From positions 32,001 to 96,000 of the IMG/VR virus record IMGVR_UViG_2784746770_000001: a stretch of DNA of 64,000 bases; one strand, given 5' to 3'. Of the stretch, positions 56,380-64,000 are shown piece after piece; the first letter of the stretch is position 1, and each line of letters begins with the position of its first letter. Origin of the DNA: a virus. Taxonomy: Duplodnaviria > Caudoviricetes. Below the pieces are notes generated by a model. The model worked only from the letters and a program-made list of their open reading frames with translations, did no database searches and was not told where the DNA came from. The position numbers were made by a program, and so were the translations under genes.

Positions 56380-58437
56380 CTACTTCTCCGGTGGCCGCAC
56401 GGACAGCGTCCCGCCGGTCTCGTCCCGGCGCCCGAGCAGCCGCACCGTCCAGCCCGCCCCCCGGAAGATCTCGGCGTACCGCACGTGGGTGTCCCACTGC
56501 TTCGCCACGACCTCCTTCGCCCACAAGTCGCCGTTCGGGGCCTTGTCCCGCGGCGCCGTGACGATGATCGCGCCGTCGCTGGTCGGGAACAGGTGGAAGC
56601 CCGCGCCCGGCATGACCGTCGGGTTGGCGACGTCGTTGTTGTAGATGCCGCCGAAGTTGCCGTTGCCCTCCAGCGCCAGCAGGGCGGCGCGCACGAGGGG
56701 CTGCTCATGGTCGACCATGTTGCAGCCGATCCCGGCGGGCACCGCCCACGCCTCCGGAGACACCTCCACCCGCAGGTGGACCGGCGACAAGAACTCCGGC
56801 TCGCCGCCGGCCTCCGCCAGGTCCTCGCGAATCTGGGCCGCGCGCCTCTGCCGCTTCTCGGGGTCCTCGCCCCAGACCTTGAGCACGACCGATCCCGTGT
56901 ACCAGTGATTCCGGACCCGCAGCCCCTCCAGGTGCAGCGACTCCATGTCGTGGCCCCGCTCGTTCAGCACCTCCCAAACCGTGCGCACGTCCGCGAGTTC
57001 CTGGCCCACCATCCGGCGCGCGGAGATCTGGAAGTACCCGTCCATGTACGCGCCGAGGAACCCGCCAGCCGTCAGCGCGCGCCGGTACGCGTGCAGCTCC
57101 GCGTCCGTCGTCTTCCCGACCCGGTACTCCCCATCGATCAGGAACTGCACGTTCACGTGCGCCTCCTGCCCGGTCGATTGAACGAGGAACCCGTTCGCCA
57201 GACCGTCGTACTCCACGGCAGTCCCGTGGGGGGTGTCGACCTCCCGGGAGTTCCGGGTCTCAGCCGGGTTGAAGCCGCAGGAGAGCAGGAGAGCCACAGC
57301 GGCCTGAACGTGCTCGTTGCCCGCATCCATGGGGTAGTGGCCCAGCGTCGTCCCGGCCCGGCGCGGCTCAACCGTACCGGCGGGCGGGAAGGCTTCGTGG
57401 ATCCCCTCGTAGTCGAACCCGGAGGGGTTCACCGTCCACCCTGCCTTGCGCAGCACCTCGACGGCGCGGGCGTGCTCGGCGAGCGCGATGCCGCGCCCGC
57501 ACAGCGACACCCACACGCGCGGCGAATCCCGCTGAGCCAGCGGCGCCACGCCGACCTTGAAGCCCTCCTGCTCGACCATGAACCCGCCGTCACCCACCGG
57601 CTCGCCGAAGCGCGCTGGCGTCAGGCCCGCGTCCGTCAGGAGCCGGATCGCCGCGTGTACCGACGGCGTCAACCGGTCCGCGTACCCGCGCCCGGGAAAG
57701 TAGCCGACCGCCGGCGTGCTGCTCTTCGGGCACCACGCCACGTCGAACTCGCCCGACGGCACCTCGTACGCCACTCGCCGCCCGGTCTGCTCAATGTCGA
57801 CCCCGCGGCGTACGGCGTTGGCGACGTTGACCAGGACGTCAACGCGCTCGTGCACGGTCGGCGGCCGAACGTCGGTGCTGCTGTGTTCCTCGGTGCGCAG
57901 CCACCAGTACCCGTCCCCAAGAAGTTCGTCCGCCCGGCGAAGGTGCGGCTCCATGCCGCGCGCCGAGTTGATGATCGCGTCGGCCAGGGCCTGGCCCCGC
58001 TCCAGCTCAGCGCACCGCTCTTCCGCCCGCTCCCGGTCGGGGGAGGCCGCCATGTCGACGTTGGTGTAGGTGTCCAGGACGACGTGGGGACCGCCGAACA
58101 GTCGGCCGAGCACGGTGTCCGACTCCGTCACCACCTTGTACCGGGGCCCGGAGGCGTCGTGGGGCCGGTCGTCGAAGAAGACCATGTAGTACGCGGTGGG
58201 CAGGCTGACGGCGTACCCGGCGGCCGCCAGCGCGTTCGCGAGCTCCAGCCGCTTCGGGGCCTGCACCTCCTCGTCCTTCCCGCTGGCGAGGTCCCACACG
58301 GCGGCCCACCGGCCGTTACGGGGAACGATCAGCCAGCCGTCGCGCTGGCCGGGAACGTGCTGGGGGAACTTGGCGCCGAGGACGGCGGCGACCCGGTCGG
58401 GCAGGGGGAGGGACGGGTCAACGGCGGTACGGGACAT
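56380..58437 (-). CDS. large hypothetical protein with internally repeated domain
   Basis: CTGGAG RBS; recurring A..LL...G....GF.V.....L..AGW pattern. Confidence 0.75.
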   Translation of the reverse strand: MSRTAVDPSLPLPDRVAAVLGAKFPQHVPGQRDGWLIVPRNGRWAAVWDLASGKDEEVQAPKRLELANALAAAGYAVSLPTAYYMVFFDDRPHDASGPRYKVVTESDTVLGRLFGGPHVVLDTYTNVDMAASPDRERAEERCAELERGQALADAIINSARGMEPHLRRADELLGDGYWWLRTEEHSSTDVRPPTVHERVDVLVNVANAVRRGVDIEQTGRRVAYEVPSGEFDVAWCPKSSTPAVGYFPGRGYADRLTPSVHAAIRLLTDAGLTPARFGEPVGDGGFMVEQEGFKVGVAPLAQRDSPRVWVSLCGRGIALAEHARAVEVLRKAGWTVNPSGFDYEGIHEAFPPAGTVEPRRAGTTLGHYPMDAGNEHVQAAVALLLSCGFNPAETRNSREVDTPHGTAVEYDGLANGFLVQSTGQEAHVNVQFLIDGEYRVGKTTDAELHAYRRALTAGGFLGAYMDGYFQISARRMVGQELADVRTVWEVLNERGHDMESLHLEGLRVRNHWYTGSVVLKVWGEDPEKRQRRAAQIREDLAEAGGEPEFLSPVHLRVEVSPEAWAVPAGIGCNMVDHEQPLVRAALLALEGNGNFGGIYNNDVANPTVMPGAGFHLFPTSDGAIIVTAPRDKAPNGDLWAKEVVAKQWDTHVRYAEIFRGAGWTVRLLGRRDETGGTLSVRPPEK

Positions 58438-58484
58438 GACGGGGCTCCAGTTCGGTGCGGGAAGGGGCGGGCGGTCGCGGCGCG

Positions 58485-58802
58485 TCACGGCGCCGGTGGG
58501 GTGTTGTGCACGACGTCGTGCAAGGTTGGGTCAGTGGGCTGGATCGCGCGCCACTTCCGGATGTCGCGGTACTCCGCGTCCAGGGACTCGCGGCTGATCT
58601 CCAGGTTGACGATCTTGGCGACCTCCAGCAGGCGCCGGATGACCGTGTCGAGGCCCCACAGGGCGCTGGAGGCGGGCCAGCGCATGGGGTTGGTTGTCGC
58701 CCAGGTCTCACCCCGGTCGGCGAGGATGTCGGCGAAGTACTTCCACTCCTGCTGGAGCATCGCGGCGATGGCGTCGCGCTCGGTCTTGTTCGACACGGTC
58801 AC
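58485..58802 (-). CDS. hypothetical protein
   Basis: GTGA overlaps at both ends. Confidence 0.6.
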   Translation of the reverse strand: MTVSNKTERDAIAAMLQQEWKYFADILADRGETWATTNPMRWPASSALWGLDTVIRRLLEVAKIVNLEISRESLDAEYRDIRKWRAIQPTDPTLHDVVHNTPPAP

Positions 58803-59437
58803 GCACTCTCGGCGACGTCGGCGGCCGACGAGACGAACACGTGCAGGCACTTCACCGTGGGCGGCAGTCCCGGGCCCTCCCAGTCCATGTCGTGGCGCTC
58901 GTACCGGGCGTACAGGCGCCCCGTGGCGGCGTCGTAGGACACCTCGGGCCGGGCCTGTTCGGCGAGCACCATGACCAGGAGATACGCCGCGTCCGGGAAC
59001 GCGATGCTCCGGGGGACGTCGTACGCGAAGTCCTCGTTGCGCTCGGCGATCAGATCCCGCAGCGGTACCAGGTCACCGGTCCGGACGGAACTCACGTACT
59101 GGGCGAAGGACTGGAAGTCGCCCAGAGGGAGGCGGGCCAAGTCGATGCTGCTGCGCATCGCCGTGCCGGGCAGGGTCTCCCCCGGGGGCACCGGGATGAA
59201 GCGGCGCCGCACGTCCCAGTGCACGATCGCCCGGTGAAGGGAGGCGCGCACCTCGGCGTCGGTGAGGTAGCCGCTCCCGTCGTCCGGGGTCGGCTTCCAC
59301 TCACCGTCGGCGCGGGTCCACGTGTCGCCGGTCTCGGGCCACTGGTAGCGGTCGCCGTCGGCGAAGAGCATCGGGGCGGACGGCGGGGGGAACATGGCCG
59401 GCCGTGCGGCCGGGGCGGACATCGTGGTCATGGTCAC
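58799..59437 (-). CDS. hypothetical protein
   Basis: CCTGGAG RBS; codon bias. Confidence 0.7.
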   Translation of the reverse strand: MTMTTMSAPAARPAMFPPPSAPMLFADGDRYQWPETGDTWTRADGEWKPTPDDGSGYLTDAEVRASLHRAIVHWDVRRRFIPVPPGETLPGTAMRSSIDLARLPLGDFQSFAQYVSSVRTGDLVPLRDLIAERNEDFAYDVPRSIAFPDAAYLLVMVLAEQARPEVSYDAATGRLYARYERHDMDWEGPGLPPTVKCLHVFVSSAADVAESA

Positions 59438-59570
59438 GGCAGATCTCCAGGAAGGTGGTGTTCATCGGGGCACGGTGCGCCCTGCTCACGGCCGTAACGG
59501 GTACGGCCGAGGGGAGGAAGCGCCGGGCGGCCCCCGGGGCGCGACGTGCACGCCCCGGGCCGGATGGGGG

Positions 59571-60617
59571 TCAGAGACGGTTCACGGCCGTGCGGACAGC
59601 GGCGCGGCGCTCCTTGTCGGGCCCAAGGGGGTAGAAGCGGTACTCCTCGTGCGTCCCGTCCTCGGCAATCCGACGGACCCGGACCGCGCCGTACGGGCAT
59701 CCGGCCACGAACGGCGGGGTGATCTCGAACATGTACGTCGCGCTGCCGATGCGGCGGGTGAAGTCCGCCCACGATTCCTCGGACGCCGGCTGACGCATCC
59801 CGATCACGAACAGGCCGTAGGCGCGCGCGGCATCGGCCAGGGCCTCACGGACCTTGCACAGGGCCCGGCACACGATGGCGCGCTCCACAGACGAGATGAA
59901 CGCCATCCCGGCCGTGTACACCACCCGGGGGTCCTCCGAGCTGAGGATCACCTCGCCGAGCCTCCGCAGCAGGTTCAACCCGTCGAAGTAGCCCTGGCCC
60001 CAGCGGGAGCGGTCGACGTCCTGTATCTCGGACCGGGATCCGCACTGGGCGGCGAGCTGCACCACGGCGCGCACGGCGGGATGCCCCATCGTGACGCCTC
60101 CCCGCTCGGCGACGACCTCGGCGACCTCGCAGCGCACGGTGTCGAGCTGCGCCCACTCATCGGCGGCCTCGGCGAGCGACACGGCCCGGATCGCGTCGTG
60201 AAGGGAGATCTCGGCGGCGTCGTCCATCGCGTTCACCGGCATGTCGCACAGGGCCGCGTCCAGCGCCGCGAGGGTGTCGCGGGCGGGACGCTCCTCGGCG
60301 GCCCGCACGGCTGCCTGCACGGCGGTCACGTACGGGCGCAGCGGCTCGACCTCGGCCCGGGAGGCGTTGCGGCCGGCGATGTACTCCCAGGGGGACACTC
60401 GCCGCCACCCGTTGGCGTGGAGCAGCCGGTCATTGGCGAAGTGCTCCTTCGGGTCGTAGGGGGCGGTGAGGCGCGCGACGGGGTCCGAACTCTCCTTCGG
60501 TGCGGTGACCGTCACCCAGTCCTCGCGGCGCGCGCCCTCCGCACGGCGGGTGACCTGGACGCCGGCCCAGTGCTCGGCGAAGTAGCGGATGGGCGGGGTG
60601 GGCAGGGCGGTGGTCAT
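59571..60617 (-). CDS. hypothetical protein
   Basis: CCTGGAGG RBS; codon bias. Confidence 0.75.
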   Translation of the reverse strand: MTTALPTPPIRYFAEHWAGVQVTRRAEGARREDWVTVTAPKESSDPVARLTAPYDPKEHFANDRLLHANGWRRVSPWEYIAGRNASRAEVEPLRPYVTAVQAAVRAAEERPARDTLAALDAALCDMPVNAMDDAAEISLHDAIRAVSLAEAADEWAQLDTVRCEVAEVVAERGGVTMGHPAVRAVVQLAAQCGSRSEIQDVDRSRWGQGYFDGLNLLRRLGEVILSSEDPRVVYTAGMAFISSVERAIVCRALCKVREALADAARAYGLFVIGMRQPASEESWADFTRRIGSATYMFEITPPFVAGCPYGAVRVRRIAEDGTHEEYRFYPLGPDKERRAAVRTAVNRL

Positions 60618-60707
60618 GGTCGAGTCCTCCAGGGGCTCACGGCGAAGGCAGGGGAAGGGAGCGGCCGGGGCGCGGCACGTGCGGGCGCGCCCCGTGCCGG
60701 GAAGGGG

Positions 60708-61304
60708 TCAGTACAGGGCGTCAACGGCGGCGAGGACGGCGTACTCGACGAGGGCGTCAGCCTCCGCCTCCGTGGGGCCCTCGGCGGGCACGTAGGCGAG
60801 CGTCAGGGCAAGGGCGGGCTGCCGGACGAACACGGTGCCGGTCTCGGTGAGCGAGATCTCGCGGGCCGCCATCAGCGTCTCGTCGGCCGGGCCGCTCCCG
60901 TTCACCGTGACCGCAACCTGCGCAGGTCCCCAGACCGACGTCTTGCGGTTGACCACGGCCGAGATGAAGCCGCCCTGACGGGTCGAGCACACCAGGTAGG
61001 ACCGGTTCCGCTCGAACGGGTTCTGTCCCGCGACGATCGGGCGGCCGGGAAGCGGCTCGTCCACGTAGACGTGGGCAGGGGTGAACCGGGGCACCCCGAA
61101 CGCGTGCAGGAGCGACGGGTCGGTGAAGCGGTGCCGGACCATGGCGTCCGTGATCGTCACGGTGGGGTTGTCGCAGTTCGTGCACGCCCACTGACCAGAC
61201 ACCAGCCGTTCCAGGGTGCAGGTAGCGTCGGTGGCCAAGTCTCCTTCCGCGAACGTCGACGGGATCAGGGGCAGGACGGAGGGAGACAGGCGGGTCACGG
61301 ACAC
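60708..61304 (-). CDS. hypothetical protein
   Basis: CCTGGAG RBS; CxxC. Confidence 0.7.
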   Translation of the reverse strand: MSVTRLSPSVLPLIPSTFAEGDLATDATCTLERLVSGQWACTNCDNPTVTITDAMVRHRFTDPSLLHAFGVPRFTPAHVYVDEPLPGRPIVAGQNPFERNRSYLVCSTRQGGFISAVVNRKTSVWGPAQVAVTVNGSGPADETLMAAREISLTETGTVFVRQPALALTLAYVPAEGPTEAEADALVEYAVLAAVDALY

Positions 61305-61479
61305 AGTGGCTCTCCAGGGGTGTTCGGGAAGGGCGGGCGCATGGTGGCCCGGCAGACGCGGTTACGGCGCGCCCTGCACACAGCCGCGGTGACGGCGGAC
61401 GCGGGCATGTGCGGGAGGCGACGGAACGGGGGCGGGGACCCCGGGGCGCGAGAGGGCGCACCCCGGGCCGGCGCGCGGG

Positions 61480-61950
61480 TCAGGCTTCGGTGAAGTCGTT
61501 GCAGGCGACGGTGTAGCGGCGCCCGTGGTGAAGGAGCGGCTGGCGGCAGCCGGAACACCGGCGGTGCACGAAGTCCTCGGGCGGGTGGACCACGAAGACG
61601 TCGCACGCCGTGCCGTTGGGGTTCGCGTGCTCGCTCTCCCACTGTCCGCACGCCGTGCACTCCGGGAGCTGCGGATCGGGGTCGGGGTGCGCTACGAAGA
61701 CGTCCGAGAGGTCCGGGTACCGGTACGCGAGCGCGCTCGACACCTCGTCTCGGCTCATGGCCCCGCCGTTGTCGACGGTGACGTTGATCAGAACGGCGCG
61801 CATCAGCGCCCGGGACATGACCTGGCCCTTCTGCCCGGACAGGACGTGAGGTCCGTACACGAACAGGCGGTAGGCGGGGAACGTTGCGTCGGCCGGATCG
61901 GCGAAGGGGACGTACCCCTCGACGGCAGACGGAACTTCGTTGAACTCCAC
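61480..61950 (-). CDS. Cys/His-rich hypothetical protein
   Basis: GGGAG RBS and GTG start; two C..CG....H....C..F modules. Confidence 0.65.
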   Translation of the reverse strand: MEFNEVPSAVEGYVPFADPADATFPAYRLFVYGPHVLSGQKGQVMSRALMRAVLINVTVDNGGAMSRDEVSSALAYRYPDLSDVFVAHPDPDPQLPECTACGQWESEHANPNGTACDVFVVHPPEDFVHRRCSGCRQPLLHHGRRYTVACNDFTEA

Positions 61951-62163
61951 GGTGGAACTCCCGTAGGGCGAAAGCGGGTGAAAGAGGGGCAGGACGGGCG
62001 CGCGGCGGGGAACTTCACCGCCAACGGCGCAAGCCTCTGACCTGCGAAAAGAACATCTCGTTGAACTTCGTGGAACCGTTCTACGCGCGCGCGTGTCACG
62101 AGAGCGGCTGTGGGCCGGCCCGGGGCGCACCGGCGGGTGCGGTGCGCCCCGGGCGGCCGGGGG

Positions 62164-62919
62164 TCAGCTGTCGCGGTCGATGCGGACGGTGACCCGGTGG
62201 CGGTACTGGGAGTAGGTGAGGCGGGCCCGGTGCTTGAGGTTGCGCCAGTGGGGCGTCAGGCGCCACACGCCGATGCGGGTGCGCAGCCGCGCCAGGGGTC
62301 GAAGCTCATCGGGGGTGACGTCGCCCCAGTCGGCGAGCTGGATGAGGATCGCGGCAGCGACGCGGGCCGGCGAGGCGTTGGCGGGGGCGATCGGGGCGCC
62401 CCGGTGGAACCACCCCTCCATGTCGAGGAGATCGCGGGTGGCGAACTCCCATGCGCCGTCGGTGTTGCGGAACGCCCAGTGCTCATCGTTGCCGACGAGG
62501 GTGAGGCCGTAGCCCTGGCATCGGACGATGCCCGTGTAGCCGTCGGGGAACCCGGCGAGGATGAGGCGCGCTTCGACGGCCCGGAGGAATGCTCGCTCGT
62601 CGGTGTGGTCGTTGTAGAACGCCCTCGCGTGCTGCTCGCCCTTGCTCCACTCGGCGCCGTTCTCGTTGCGGTAGTCGACGGAGTGGGTGAGGTCGAGCAC
62701 CTTCACCGCGTGGGCGGGGTCGCCTTCGTACTCGGGGAGGGGGGTCTGCCACACGGTGGAGCGGCCGTTTTCCCTGAACACGGAGTCGTTCCACGGGGGG
62801 CAGTCGGTCAGTTCGACGGCGGTGACGCGCCCGTCGGGCTCGGCGCGCACGGTGATGTACAGCGGCTCGTCGGCGTCATCGGGGGTGCGGTCGGTGACCT
62901 TGACCATGGTGATGGACAT
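62164..62919 (-). CDS. hypothetical protein
   Basis: GAGAGG RBS behind the repeated leader. Confidence 0.7.
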   Translation of the reverse strand: MSITMVKVTDRTPDDADEPLYITVRAEPDGRVTAVELTDCPPWNDSVFRENGRSTVWQTPLPEYEGDPAHAVKVLDLTHSVDYRNENGAEWSKGEQHARAFYNDHTDERAFLRAVEARLILAGFPDGYTGIVRCQGYGLTLVGNDEHWAFRNTDGAWEFATRDLLDMEGWFHRGAPIAPANASPARVAAAILIQLADWGDVTPDELRPLARLRTRIGVWRLTPHWRNLKHRARLTYSQYRHRVTVRIDRDS

Positions 62920-62952
62920 GGGCGTATGGCCTCTCTGGGGGCACGGAAGTGC

Positions 62953-63021
62953 TTGGCCGGCCCCCTCGCTCTTGGGGGCCAACGAGAAAGAATGTACACC
63001 GTCTTATGAGAACGGTGTCAA
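62953..63021 (-). promoter_or_regulatory. early promoter (TTGACA-N19-TACATT) with operator and 30-bp leader (copy 2)
   Basis: Consensus-like hexamers on the minus strand; operator TGTACACCGTCTTA at 62993-63006. Confidence 0.7.
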
Positions 63022-63082
63022 GCCCCGCCCTTCAATGGCTCCCTCTTCGGCCCGCATGGAGGGGTATCTCGGGTCTCTTTCA

Positions 63083-63120
63083 TAAGTGGGTGTACAAATG
63101 GCATTGCTTGCCTCTATGAT
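63083..63120 (+). promoter_or_regulatory. divergent promoter with operator over the -35 region
   Basis: TAAGTGGGTGTACA, then N18, then TATGAT. Confidence 0.6.
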
Positions 63121-63195
63121 GGTGGAGCACCAACCGGCACGGAGCGGCAAGAGCGAGCCGCACCCGTCGCCCGGCCACACCAGAAAGGGACCCCT

Positions 63196-63555
63196 GTGTC
63201 TGTTGCCGCCCGCCGCCGTACCGCCGCCGCCGTCCTGCGAGACCGCCGCCGCGCCACCCGCGAGCACCGCGACATGACCGAACGCGTCAAGGTGAGCGAG
63301 TACCTGACGATCCTCGGCATGGAGGAAGAGGAGATCGACCGCTACGGCTCGTGGGCGGGCCGGTACGTCGCCTCCGAGTACCGGGCCGCGCACCACGGTC
63401 ACCGGCCGCGTCAGACCCGTAAGCGCACCAAGCCGTGCAAGGGCTACCCCAAGGGCCGCTGGATCAAGGTCTTCGTCTACCGCCTGACCGACCCGGCGCT
63501 CCCCGTCGGCTGTGGCAAGTACAAGCGGACCGCCGAGTACGTCCCCGCCGCGTAG
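63196..63555 (+). CDS. basic hypothetical protein
   Basis: GAAAGGGA RBS and GTG start. Confidence 0.7.
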   Translation: MSVAARRRTAAAVLRDRRRATREHRDMTERVKVSEYLTILGMEEEEIDRYGSWAGRYVASEYRAAHHGHRPRQTRKRTKPCKGYPKGRWIKVFVYRLTDPALPVGCGKYKRTAEYVPAA

Positions 63556-63657
63556 CGCCACCGCGCACCGCAGACCGCCGGGCGGCCGGCCCTCCCCCTC
63601 CGCCGCCGCCCGGCCCCTCTCCTTCACCCCGAACGCCCGTCCCCGGAGGACACCGTC

Positions 63658-64000
63658 ATGACCACGTTCCTCGACGCGCCCGCGCGCTCCGTCACCACCC
63701 CGATCTTCTGCGGCCAGTGCGGCGTGCACCCCTTCTCCATCGAATCGGACGGCGCCGCGCACTGCCCGTGCGGCCACACGATCACGACCGCCGACCTCGT
63801 CCTCGACCCCGGGGAGGAGTGGTGCGTCCTGCCCGATCAGACGCTCGCCTACATCACCGCCCCCGAGACCGCGCTCACCCGCTACCGGGCCGCGCTCGCC
63901 ATGCTCAACAACCACGGCGTGTACGGCGAGGAGCGGGCCCGGGCGAACGACGAGTTCACTGCCGCGCTCGCGGACCTGACGACCGCCCGCTACATGGGCG
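63658..64000 (+). CDS. hypothetical Zn-ribbon protein (3' truncated)
   Basis: GGAGGA RBS; MTTFLDAPARSVTTPIFCGQCG...CPCGH; open to the window end. Confidence 0.65.
   Translation, partial: MTTFLDAPARSVTTPIFCGQCGVHPFSIESDGAAHCPCGHTITTADLVLDPGEEWCVLPDQTLAYITAPETALTRYRAALAMLNNHGVYGEERARANDEFTAALADLTTARYMG

Overview
A very GC-rich window, most likely from a Streptomyces-type actinomycete (the SSB N-terminus [25 protein letters not shown] is of that type). It lies entirely inside one large temperate siphovirus-like element that looks like a phage-plasmid. 1-26.7 kb: head, tail and holin genes (HK97 prohead protease fused to a 2H phosphoesterase, major capsid, tail tube, frameshifting tail chaperones, tape measure, tail tip, fibre), with a ParA cassette bracketed by parS-like palindromes inside the tail operon. 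26.7-28.4 kb: an unexplained unit of a long-stem structured RNA candidate, a basic orphan ORF and a dense GTAC repeat array. 28.4-34.6 kb: leftward recombination and lytic replication genes (ERF, DUF2637/Spd-like protein, DnaC-like ATPase, HTH initiator). 35-38 kb: a second late unit (ParB/Srx-like protein, small terminase-like protein, endolysin) plus ssb. 38-40.7 kb: a BldN-like ECF sigma factor with anti-sigma-like partners. 42-45 kb: a primase-type plasmid Rep. 45.5-50.2 kb: an XRE, IrrE-like, multi-TM sensor and Tat amidase module. 50.3-64 kb: an array of orphan early genes. Two regulatory codes are readable from the DNA: a late-promoter motif GAC(A/G)(C/T)AA-N14/15-YANNNT (about 14 copies, 7 with the WhiA-type GACAC pentamer) and an asymmetric operator TAAGNNGGTGTACA (5 copies). 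No integrase, large terminase, portal, CRISPR, rRNA or canonical tRNA is visible. All family assignments are by-eye motif recognition, not database searches.
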